Of a stretch of 64,000 bases of DNA, positions 36,582-45,056 are shown one piece after another. This stretch comes from Chitinophagaceae bacterium (GTDB lineage Bacteria > Bacteroidota > Bacteroidia > Chitinophagales > Chitinophagaceae). The notes beneath the pieces are model-generated. The model was not told the origin of the DNA. It saw only the letters and a program-made list of their open reading frames with translations, and did no database searches. A program made the position numbers and the translations under genes. Numbering within the stretch: position 1 is the first letter of the stretch; the number at the start of each line of letters is the position of its first letter. The DNA lies in NCBI GenBank assembly GCA_043763635.1, contig JAYULK010000009.1, positions 906 through 64,905 of the forward strand, written 5' to 3'.

Positions 36582-37574
36582 ATGAAAGCAATTATTCCAG
36601 TAGCAGGAGCCGGCACTAAATTGCGGCCACATACATATACACAGCCGAAGGCTTTAATACCCATGGCTGGCAAAACGGTTTTAAGCATTATTGTAGATCA
36701 GTTAAAAGAAGCTGGCATTCAGGAATTTATTTTTATTGTTGGATACCTGGGTGAAAAGATCCAGGACTATGTAAAGCTTAAGTATCCTACCATTGAAGCT
36801 CATTATGTATACCAGTCAGACAGGCAGGGAATTGGTCATGCACTTAAGCTCACCCGCACCATTGTTGAGGGCGATGAGATATTTGTTGTTTTGGGGGACA
36901 CCATTTGTGAGTATGATGTAAAAGAAGTACTCGAAAGTCCAACCTCAATGCTTGGCGTAAAAAAAGTGGATGATCCACGTGACTTTGGCGTTGCCGAAAT
37001 AGATCTTGATGGTAAAGTGGCACATGTTGTAGAGAAACCGCAAATACCCAAGTCTAATATGGCGCTTGTTGGGATTTATAAGATTAAAGAGTCTGACCTA
37101 TTATTTGAATGCCTTGAAGCTAATATATCGCAAGGGCTAAGAACGCGGGGTGAGTATAGTATTACAGATGCCATTGATTGCATGATAAAAAAAGGCGCAG
37201 CTTTTAATCTTTTTAAAGTGGAAAGCTGGTTTGATTGTGGCAAAAAGGAAACCTTGTTAGAATCAAATGCAACGCTACTGAAAAAGTTTGGCGACAAAGT
37301 AGAATGCCATGAGTCTTTTGAAAATACAGTCCTTATTCAACCGGTAAGCATTGGCGTGAATTGCGATATTAAAAATTCAATTATTGGCCCCAATGTTACA
37401 GTTGGTGAAAATACCATCATTGAACAATCGATCATCAAACAATCAATCATCGGCGCTTACTCCAACTTATTTGATATTGTTTTGGATACTTCTCTAATCG
37501 GCAGCGATACCAGTATTCGTGGCGAAACCCGTTCGCTGAATATTGGCGATAACACCAATATTGATTTGGGTTAG
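36582..37574 (+). CDS. Sugar-phosphate nucleotidyltransferase with C-terminal left-handed beta-helix
   Basis: Starts MKAIIPVAGAGTKLRP (G-rich NTP-binding loop). The C-terminus has hexapeptide-repeat character (IGPNVTVGENTII). Confidence 0.8.
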   Translation: MKAIIPVAGAGTKLRPHTYTQPKALIPMAGKTVLSIIVDQLKEAGIQEFIFIVGYLGEKIQDYVKLKYPTIEAHYVYQSDRQGIGHALKLTRTIVEGDEIFVVLGDTICEYDVKEVLESPTSMLGVKKVDDPRDFGVAEIDLDGKVAHVVEKPQIPKSNMALVGIYKIKESDLLFECLEANISQGLRTRGEYSITDAIDCMIKKGAAFNLFKVESWFDCGKKETLLESNATLLKKFGDKVECHESFENTVLIQPVSIGVNCDIKNSIIGPNVTVGENTIIEQSIIKQSIIGAYSNLFDIVLDTSLIGSDTSIRGETRSLNIGDNTNIDLG

Positions 37575-37581
37575 AGAAGAT

Positions 37582-37643
37582 TGGTAGCCAGCTTATATTT
37601 CTGCTCAATGCCTGTAGCGTTGCACAATTACCAAGAATTTATT
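37582..37643 (+). repeat. Dispersed intergenic repeat, copy D (degenerate)
   Basis: tggtagccagctt...gtagcgttgcacaatt...ccaagaatttatt aligns with copy A with similar spacing. Lies between converging stops at 37574 and 37678. Confidence 0.45.
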
Positions 37644-37677
37644 ATGATCTCACCGGCTCGCTGAGCTGCATATATGT

Positions 37678-39159
37678 TTACTTCCTGCTATAGTTGGGCG
37701 CTTCCCTGGTAATTTCTACATCGTGTGCATGACTCTCACGCATGCCTGCATTGGTGATTTTTACAAACTGTGCATTCTTTAATGAGTCTATATTTTTTGC
37801 ACCGCAATAACCCATGCCTGCCCGAAGGCCACCTACATATTGATAAACAATTTCTCTTATAGAGCCTTTAAAAGCCACACGTCCTTCAATACCTTCAGGC
37901 ACAAACTTTCTTACATCCGCTTCAGGATCCTGAAAGTAACGATCACTGCTACCGGTAGCCATAGCACCTAAAGAACCCATGCCCCGGTACTCCTTAAACT
38001 TGCGGCCTTCATAAATGATTGTTTCGCCGGGGCTTTCTTCGGTACCCGCAAATATGCTTCCCATCATCACACAATCGGCACCGGCAGCAAGCGCTTTTAC
38101 CATATCTCCAGTATAACGAATACCACCATCAGCAATTAAAGGAATACCTGCTTTATGTAATACAGAATAGGCTTGTGTAATAGCAGTCAATTGCGGCACA
38201 CCCGCACCCGCTACAATGCGTGTAGTGCATATAGAACCAGGGCCTATGCCTATTTTTACCGCATCAGCGCCAGCATCAACCAAAGCTTGTGCACCTTCTG
38301 CTGTTGCAATATTTCCGGCAATAACGTTGAGTGTTTTAAAATTCTTCTTTACATTTTTTAAAGCATCAATAATACCTAATGAATGGCCATGAGCACTATC
38401 CAAACAAACTACATCAACACCTACCTGCTGTAGCGCATACACACGGTCTAATATATCTGATGTTACTCCGATAGCCGCACCTGCCAGCAATCGTCCATAA
38501 GAATCTTTTACAGCATTGGGAAAACTGTATAGTTTTAAAATATCACGGTAGGTAATAAGACCAATAAGTTTACCCGACGTGCTAACAACCGGAAGCTTTT
38601 CAATCTTATAATTGCGTAAAATTATTTCTGCTTTCTTAAGGTCAGTGCCTTCCGGAGCCGTGATCAGATTTTCCTTCGTCATCACTTCACTCACTTTTCT
38701 ATTCATGTCATCTTCAAATCTTAAATCGCGGTTGGTTAAAATACCTGCCAGATTTCCACCGCTATCAATTATGGGTATGCCACCAATTTTATTATCCCTC
38801 ATCAGGCGTAAGGCATCACCAATGGTTGCATCTTTCAATAGTGTTATCGGGTCGAGTATCATGCCGCTTTCACTTCGTTTCACTTTACGCACCTGGTCGG
38901 CTTGCTTTTCTATACTCATATTCTTATGCAAAATGCCCATGCCACCTTCTCGTGCTAAGGCTATTGCTAAAGATGCTTCGGTAACGGTATCCATTGCTGC
39001 AGAAAGCATTGGAATATGTAAAGTGATATCCTTTGTTAAACGGGTTTTAATGTCTACTTCGCGGGGCAATACTTCTGAGTAGGCAGGCACTAGCAGAACA
39101 TCATCAAACGTAAGACCTTCAATAAAAGTTTTTTGAGAGGGATTATTATTTGCAGCCAT
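37678..39159 (-). CDS. guaB: IMP dehydrogenase
   Basis: Start set at the ATG at 39159 ([25 protein letters not shown]). CBS pair and catalytic loop [11 protein letters not shown]. Confidence 0.95.
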   Translation of the reverse strand: MAANNNPSQKTFIEGLTFDDVLLVPAYSEVLPREVDIKTRLTKDITLHIPMLSAAMDTVTEASLAIALAREGGMGILHKNMSIEKQADQVRKVKRSESGMILDPITLLKDATIGDALRLMRDNKIGGIPIIDSGGNLAGILTNRDLRFEDDMNRKVSEVMTKENLITAPEGTDLKKAEIILRNYKIEKLPVVSTSGKLIGLITYRDILKLYSFPNAVKDSYGRLLAGAAIGVTSDILDRVYALQQVGVDVVCLDSAHGHSLGIIDALKNVKKNFKTLNVIAGNIATAEGAQALVDAGADAVKIGIGPGSICTTRIVAGAGVPQLTAITQAYSVLHKAGIPLIADGGIRYTGDMVKALAAGADCVMMGSIFAGTEESPGETIIYEGRKFKEYRGMGSLGAMATGSSDRYFQDPEADVRKFVPEGIEGRVAFKGSIREIVYQYVGGLRAGMGYCGAKNIDSLKNAQFVKITNAGMRESHAHDVEITREAPNYSRK

Positions 39160-39162
39160 GTG

Positions 39163-39170
39163 CAAAGATA
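39163..39170 (-). promoter_or_regulatory. TAnnTTTG box (TATCTTTG on the minus strand) 3 nt upstream of the guaB ATG
   Basis: Plus-strand caaagata at 39163-39170. The start codon occupies 39157-39159. Confidence 0.3.
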
Positions 39171-39222
39171 AGGAGCAGGATAATTTCAAAAATTAAGAAG
39201 TTGGATGGTGTAAATGAAATTT

Positions 39223-39294
39223 TGTTACCAGCGATTGTAATTCTATTAAACTTCTGTTGCGTCGCACACTTTTACTTTTGTAATTCTAAGGAGC
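39223..39294 (+). repeat. Dispersed intergenic repeat, copy B (forward)
   Basis: tgttaccagc-ga-ttgtaattcta-N11-ttgcgtcgcaca-N11-gtaattcta-aggagc. Lies between the dprA stop and the guaB start. Confidence 0.8.
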
Positions 39295-39332
39295 AGGTTA
39301 CTTTCATAGATAAATCCCACTTCATTGTACTG

Positions 39333-40433
39333 TTATAGCAGCTTATACAATTTCCCAGGCAAGCAACCTACTACATTCTGCAACTCAAGACTTAGCAGCG
39401 CAGAAGCCACAGCACTGCTGCTTAAACTACAGCATAAATTTAATTCATCAATGTGAGTGGCTTCTTTTTGTTGCAGCAATTGCACAATCACTTTTTCATC
39501 CTCTGTCATTTCAATAAACAATTCCCGTTGTTTTTTTGGCTTTAGTTTTTTATCAGCCCAGCCCATTACATCTAATAATCCAGAAGCATCAGTAAGTAAT
39601 ATGGCTTTGTTATGCTTAATAAGATAATTGCATCCTTCACTTTTTGCATCTATTGTTCTACCCGGCACAGCAAATACATCACGGTTATATGCATCCGCAA
39701 GTTTGGCTGTTATCATACTGCCACCCTTTATGTTGGTTTCTATTACAACGGTAGCGTCACTTATACCGGCTACAATGCGGTTGCGCAATGGAAAGTTGTG
39801 TTTATCTGGCTTAGTGCCACTAAAAAACTCAGATAGTATGCCGCCATCTTCTTTCAACATATCCTTTGCTAATGAAGCATGATCGGAAGGATAAATTTTA
39901 TCAAGGCCGTGGCCCACTACACCCACAGTGGGAAGATGGTTTTTTATTGCCGCTTTATGTGCAAACGCATCTACACCATAAGCAAGCCCGCTTATAATTG
40001 TTATATTATGTTGCGATAAGTCTTTTACCAATTTTTCTGTAAAGCTTTTTCCATACTCTGTATTTGTTCTTGTGCCTACAATAGCCAAAACTTTAGACGC
40101 ATTTAAATCTGCAACGCCTTTATAAAAAAGCAGTGGAGGAGCGTCGTAACAATTAAGTAAACGCTGCGGGTAATCTTCATCAGTAAGAAATAGTGTTTTG
40201 ATCTTGTATTTATCAATGAATAAAATTTCTTTTTCTGCAATAGAAAAGTCATTAAAGTCTTTAATGTTTTTTGCTTTAAAACTCCCAATGCCTTCTATCT
40301 TTTCCAGAGAAGATTGGCGTGCTTTAAATACCTCGGAGGCATTGCCAAAATGCTGTATTAATAGTTTTGCCTGAACATCGCCAATGTTAGGAATTAAGGT
40401 AAGCGCCAGTTGATAGAGAAGCTCTGAATTCAT
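39333..40433 (-). CDS. dprA: DNA-processing protein DprA
   Basis: 366-aa ORF. Rossmann-like DprA core (AIVGTRTNTEYG...ISGLAYGVDAFAH). Confidence 0.9.
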   Translation of the reverse strand: MNSELLYQLALTLIPNIGDVQAKLLIQHFGNASEVFKARQSSLEKIEGIGSFKAKNIKDFNDFSIAEKEILFIDKYKIKTLFLTDEDYPQRLLNCYDAPPLLFYKGVADLNASKVLAIVGTRTNTEYGKSFTEKLVKDLSQHNITIISGLAYGVDAFAHKAAIKNHLPTVGVVGHGLDKIYPSDHASLAKDMLKEDGGILSEFFSGTKPDKHNFPLRNRIVAGISDATVVIETNIKGGSMITAKLADAYNRDVFAVPGRTIDAKSEGCNYLIKHNKAILLTDASGLLDVMGWADKKLKPKKQRELFIEMTEDEKVIVQLLQQKEATHIDELNLCCSLSSSAVASALLSLELQNVVGCLPGKLYKLL

Positions 40434-40516
40434 TGCTGTTTGTTAATGGAAACAACAATATAAAAAACATTATCCAATGAAGCTTCGTCAATGCGCCTGC
40501 ATCCTCTGATAAAATT

Positions 40517-42436
40517 TTACTTGCCTATTATTTTCAACTCTGTTCTTCTATTTAAAGCCCTTCCTTCTTCTGTAGTATTATCCGAAACTGGTTGAGCTGC
40601 ACCAAAACCTTTGGCAGTAAGTCTTTTAACATTTATGCCTTTACCAGATAAATAGGCTATCACCGCTTTTGCCCTGTTCTCTGATAGCTTCAGATTATCT
40701 GCTCCTGTACCAATATTATCTGTATGGCCACCAATCTCAATTCTAACTGTAGGATTTTCATTAAGCAATTGAATAACCTTATCCAGTTCCACTGCCGACT
40801 CTTGCTTCACATCATACTTTTTAAAATCAAAAAATATATTCTTTAAAACGATTGATGCATTTACTTCCAAAGGCTGTAAGGAAATATTTTTCTCGTAGGT
40901 TGAATCCGGAATTTTGTCTGTCAAATGAAAGTTGTCTGAGTAAAATAAATACCCTCTTCTATTTACATTAAAAGCATAGTCTTTTCCAATAGGCAAAGTG
41001 GTTAAATAATTTCCTTTTTCATCTGTTTGAACTTTTGAGATGAGTTGTTTTGTTTTGATATCAATAAGTTCAACCGAAGAAGGAAGGCCATTCTTTGTTT
41101 TCTGATCAAAAACTTTTCCTTTAACCCATAAGGTTTTGTAAGGACGAATATTTTCTCTCAATTCAAAACTATAAATATCCAATCCTCCTTTACTATCGCT
41201 ACGGTCGCTGGCATAGTAAGCAGTTTTGCCACTGGCTTCAATAGATAAAGTTCCTTCCCTGTCAATTGTATTAATAGGGTAGCCTAAATTTTGCGGTTTA
41301 CTCCATGAGCCATCAGACTGTTTTCTTAAGACAAATAAATCTTCATCACCATATCCTGGCCATACAGTGGATGTAAAATAAAATGTTTGGTTATCAGCAT
41401 GTATAAAAGGACATTGTTCATCACCGGATGTATTGATGCCTGGCCCCATATTTTCGGGTTCACCCCATTTGCCATTTGGTTGCAGGCGTGATACGTATAT
41501 GTCAATACCGCCAAAGCCACCACTTCTGCGGCTGGCAAAATAAAGGTCTCTTTTATCTGGTGACAGGCAAGGCTGTGCATCCCATTCTTCGGCGTTTACT
41601 TTGTTGCCCAGGTTTATTGCCTGGCTCCATCCTTGTGGAGTGAAATACGAGATGTAAATATCACAGCTTCCTTGTCCATCCTGGCGGTTGCAGGCATCAA
41701 AAACCAACCATTGGCCATCATGCGATATCATTTGTGCAGCTTCGTTTTGAGGCGTATTGATGCTGCCATTTAACTGCCTGGCTTTTTCCCATCCTGATTC
41801 CCGTTTTTCACTGAGAAAAAAGTCTTCATTATAATTATTTAACCTTCGGGTAAACAGTAATTCTTTTCCATCAAGGGTTAATGAAGGAAAATATTCCGAT
41901 TCAACGGTATTGATTCCCGCGCCAAGGTTTGTGGGTTTAAATACATAGTTGGAGGAAGTGTTGGCTTTGCTATAATCAACTCCAAATTGGTAAGTCTTCT
42001 GTCTGTATTCTGCTGCTTTTCTTGTGTTAGGTGAAAGCTTTGTTCTGGAGAGAAGGGCAGTAATAGAAGTAAGTGCTTTATCGAATTGTCCCATTCCTGC
42101 AAGGTTTATAGAATAAGGCAGGCGATAATCGGAAGTATAATTTGAATCAATAAGAAATGCTTTTTCGTAGGTAGCCACACTTTGTGCACGGTCTTTTATT
42201 TGGCCATATACACCTGCTAAAGAAAGATAGGCATCAAGATATTTAGGCTCTCTTTTTACGGCCTCTTCTAATGATTCTATAGCATCTTTAAATTTGCCAT
42301 CCTGGGCTTTTTCTAAACCCTTATTATAGGCTTCAATTGCTTTCTTATTAATTTTTGATTGATCTAATTGAGCCGAAGCGAAGTAAATAAAATGTAAAAT
42401 GCAAAAAGTAAAAAATAGGCGAAGCAGGTTTTTCAT
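40517..42436 (-). CDS. OmpA-family protein with TPR, TolB-like beta-propeller repeats and a C-terminal OmpA domain
   Basis: 639-aa ORF. Signal peptide, TPR-like N-terminus, PD40-like repeats (DGKELLFT, DKRDLYFAS) and a C-terminal OmpA motif (GHTDNIGTGADNLKLSENRA...NRRTEL). Confidence 0.85.
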   Translation of the reverse strand: MKNLLRLFFTFCILHFIYFASAQLDQSKINKKAIEAYNKGLEKAQDGKFKDAIESLEEAVKREPKYLDAYLSLAGVYGQIKDRAQSVATYEKAFLIDSNYTSDYRLPYSINLAGMGQFDKALTSITALLSRTKLSPNTRKAAEYRQKTYQFGVDYSKANTSSNYVFKPTNLGAGINTVESEYFPSLTLDGKELLFTRRLNNYNEDFFLSEKRESGWEKARQLNGSINTPQNEAAQMISHDGQWLVFDACNRQDGQGSCDIYISYFTPQGWSQAINLGNKVNAEEWDAQPCLSPDKRDLYFASRRSGGFGGIDIYVSRLQPNGKWGEPENMGPGINTSGDEQCPFIHADNQTFYFTSTVWPGYGDEDLFVLRKQSDGSWSKPQNLGYPINTIDREGTLSIEASGKTAYYASDRSDSKGGLDIYSFELRENIRPYKTLWVKGKVFDQKTKNGLPSSVELIDIKTKQLISKVQTDEKGNYLTTLPIGKDYAFNVNRRGYLFYSDNFHLTDKIPDSTYEKNISLQPLEVNASIVLKNIFFDFKKYDVKQESAVELDKVIQLLNENPTVRIEIGGHTDNIGTGADNLKLSENRAKAVIAYLSGKGINVKRLTAKGFGAAQPVSDNTTEEGRALNRRTELKIIGK

Positions 42437-42580
42437 TGTATGAATTTAAAAAACTATTAGGGAGTATAGAGGTCTATTAAATTTATTTAACGGTTTGAGT
42501 TTCTCGCAAAGTCGCAAAGATGTAAATCTTCTTTTTTGCCTCTTTCTTTTCTTTGCATTATTTACAATAAATTTTGTACT

Positions 42581-43204
42581 CTAAGGCACATTAATATACT
42601 TGTGAATTTGCAATGATAATTGCCATTGCGGATGAGATTTGATGTACTCAATAATCAAGGGAGTAATAACATTTGCTTTTTCCCATTCAGGCTGTAGATA
42701 GAGTTTGCAAGACGGAAGTACTGCAGCCGCATATTTTTCTGCCCACTCAAAGTCATATTTATTGAAGATCACAATTTTTAGTTCATTAGCGTAAGGCAAT
42801 ACTTCCGGAAGAGGTGCTTTGAATTTTTTTGGCGATAAAGTTATCCAATCCCATGTGCCTGAAAGCAAGGAACTGCCAGATGTTTCTATGTGAGTTCTTA
42901 ACCCCTTGCCTTGTAACTCATGAGTTAATGCCGTTAAATCATGCAGCAGTGGTTCTCCACCGGTAATTACCACAATTTTTGCAGGTGTTTCTTTTATAAA
43001 TGCTGCAATATCCTCAATAGCGAGCTTAGGATGTAAAGCTGCTTCCCAGCTTTCTTTTACATCGCACCAAATACAACCTACATCACAACCGCCAAGCCTG
43101 ACAAAATAGGCTGCCTGGCCCTGGTACTGTCCTTCACCCTGGAGCGTATAAAAATGCTCCATAACTGGCAGAACGTCTGTTACTATTGTGTTTTCTATTG
43201 TCAT
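42581..43204 (-). CDS. queE: 7-carboxy-7-deazaguanine synthase (radical SAM)
   Basis: 207-aa ORF. Cluster motif CDVGCIWCD (CxxxCxxC) and EGQYQG near the N-terminus. Confidence 0.85.
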   Translation of the reverse strand: MTIENTIVTDVLPVMEHFYTLQGEGQYQGQAAYFVRLGGCDVGCIWCDVKESWEAALHPKLAIEDIAAFIKETPAKIVVITGGEPLLHDLTALTHELQGKGLRTHIETSGSSLLSGTWDWITLSPKKFKAPLPEVLPYANELKIVIFNKYDFEWAEKYAAAVLPSCKLYLQPEWEKANVITPLIIEYIKSHPQWQLSLQIHKYINVP

Positions 43205-43260
43205 TATTAAATAAAGCCGGTATGCTATAGCGGGTAAAGCTTTATAACCACAAACTTTAC

Positions 43261-44154
43261 CTAGCCCGCAGTTTCTTCGTAATGCTTTACAGCGCAGGCT
43301 CTAAAAGTATTTTTAAGCAAGGCAGCTATTGTCATGGGTCCAACACCCCCAGGTACCGGCGTAATAAAAGAACATTTCGGCGCTACATGCTCATAGTCTA
43401 CATCGCCCCTTAACTTAAAACCAGATTTTTTTGAAGCGTCTTCTATTCGTGTAATACCTACATCAATAACTACAGCACCATCTTTTACCATATCTGAGGT
43501 TACGTAACCGGGCCTGCCAATGGCAGCAATAATAATATCTGCTGTAAGGCAAATTTCTTTAAGGTTAACAGTATGTGAGTGGCATATAGTAACGGTACAA
43601 TTTCCAGGATTTGATGACCCGCTTAAAAGTATGCTCATTGGCCTTCCAACTATATGGCTACGTCCTAGAACAACTGCATGCTTCCCTTTGGTTTCTACCT
43701 TGTAATGCTGCAGAAGTAACATAATTCCATAAGGTGTAGCGGGAACGTAGGCTTGCTGTCCCAGCACCATACATCCTACATTATTGGGATGAAAACCATC
43801 TACGTCTTTATTAGGATCAATTGTTCTGATAACCTGCTCTTCAGAAATATGTTTTGGCAATGGCAATTGTACCAGGATGCCATCTACATCGGGGTCTCCA
43901 TTTAATTCTCTTATAATTTCCAGAAGGCGCATCGAGCTAATATTATCTTCGGCTCTGATTAATGTGGATTTGTAACCTACTTCTTCGCATGCCTTTACTT
44001 TGGCAGCTACATAAGTCTCGCTGGCGCCATTTGTTCCCACCAGTATGGCAACCAGATGTGGCACCTCTTTCCCTTGCGCTGAAAGCTGGGCTACTTTCAT
44101 TTTTAATGAATCTTTTATGGCTTGTGCCGCATCTTTCCCATTCAAAATTTGCAT
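43261..44154 (-). CDS. folD: Bifunctional methylenetetrahydrofolate dehydrogenase / methenyl-THF cyclohydrolase
   Basis: 297-aa ORF. MQILNGK start and [17 protein letters not shown]-binding motif. Confidence 0.95.
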   Translation of the reverse strand: MQILNGKDAAQAIKDSLKMKVAQLSAQGKEVPHLVAILVGTNGASETYVAAKVKACEEVGYKSTLIRAEDNISSMRLLEIIRELNGDPDVDGILVQLPLPKHISEEQVIRTIDPNKDVDGFHPNNVGCMVLGQQAYVPATPYGIMLLLQHYKVETKGKHAVVLGRSHIVGRPMSILLSGSSNPGNCTVTICHSHTVNLKEICLTADIIIAAIGRPGYVTSDMVKDGAVVIDVGITRIEDASKKSGFKLRGDVDYEHVAPKCSFITPVPGGVGPMTIAALLKNTFRACAVKHYEETAG

Positions 44155-44158
44155 GGCG

Positions 44159-44166
44159 CAAAGGTA
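44159..44166 (-). promoter_or_regulatory. TAnnTTTG box (TACCTTTG on the minus strand) 4 nt upstream of the folD ATG
   Basis: Plus-strand caaaggta at 44159-44166. The start codon occupies 44152-44154. Confidence 0.3.
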
Positions 44167-44243
44167 AAGGTTGAAAAGAGTTTGTAAGTCATTTTTACTT
44201 TAAACATATTATAAGTAATTTGTATTAAAACCTGCTCGTGAGA

Positions 44244-45056
44244 ATGTTTTCCTTATTCTTTCTGATCTTTTGCATACGTACATTAAATGTCGGCGCACAA
44301 AGCTTTTATAATTCATTTACTCCTTACCTAAAAGCAGGCTCTTACACAAAATCGCCAGGTCTATTTGCCTCTTTTGCAAACACTGCTACTCTTGCAGGAA
44401 GCACTTCTTTTTCAGCCGGAGCTTATGGAGAAAAAAAATTTTTATTACAGGAACTGGCTTCTTTTTCCGGGGCTTGTATAGTGCCTGCGCAAAGCGGGGT
44501 TTTTGGAATACAATTGCACAATTTTGGAAACGGATCATATAATGAGTTTCGCGGAGGCATTTCATACGCAAGAAGCCTTAATGAAAAGTTGGATGTAGGA
44601 GTAGGGTTTAATTACAATTTTCTATCCTTACAAGGGTATGGCTCTTCAAGTGTTGTAAGTGCCGATGTGGGAATTATTTTTCATTTTACAGAACAACTTC
44701 ATGGAGGAATACAGTTATCAAATTTAACCAGGTCTTTTATAAATAAATCTAAAGAAGACCGCTTATTTTCTTTATATAGTTTCGGTGTAGGATATGATGT
44801 TTCAGATAAACTTTTTATAACTACTGAAGTGGAGAAATACAGCAACCTTCCTGCTTCTTTAAATGCCTCTCTTCAATACACATTTGTAAACACCCTTTTT
44901 GCAAAAGGCGGTATAGCTACCAGTAATTCAACCGTTTTTTTTGGCACCGGAATATTGATTGATAATTTTTTTAAAATTGAGCTTGTTGCTTCTCTTCATC
45001 CACAATTAGGACTTACTCCCGGTTTGATGCTTGTTTATAAAAAGGAGAAAGAATGA
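44244..45056 (+). CDS. Hypothetical exported beta-rich protein (outer-membrane barrel candidate)
   Basis: About 270 aa. Signal peptide ending in VGAQ, then alternating-hydrophobicity strands. The stop overlaps the next start (ATGA). An alternative GTG start is at 44238. Confidence 0.55.
   Translation: MFSLFFLIFCIRTLNVGAQSFYNSFTPYLKAGSYTKSPGLFASFANTATLAGSTSFSAGAYGEKKFLLQELASFSGACIVPAQSGVFGIQLHNFGNGSYNEFRGGISYARSLNEKLDVGVGFNYNFLSLQGYGSSSVVSADVGIIFHFTEQLHGGIQLSNLTRSFINKSKEDRLFSLYSFGVGYDVSDKLFITTEVEKYSNLPASLNASLQYTFVNTLFAKGGIATSNSTVFFGTGILIDNFFKIELVASLHPQLGLTPGLMLVYKKEKE

Noticed and set aside
42504-42557. Tandem 8-mers tcgcaaag-tcgcaaag with a partial inverted partner ctttgca, in the queE / OmpA-family spacer.
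   Set aside because: It resembles short palindromic intergenic motifs common in Bacteroidota, but only one copy is present in this window, so no family can be defined from this window.
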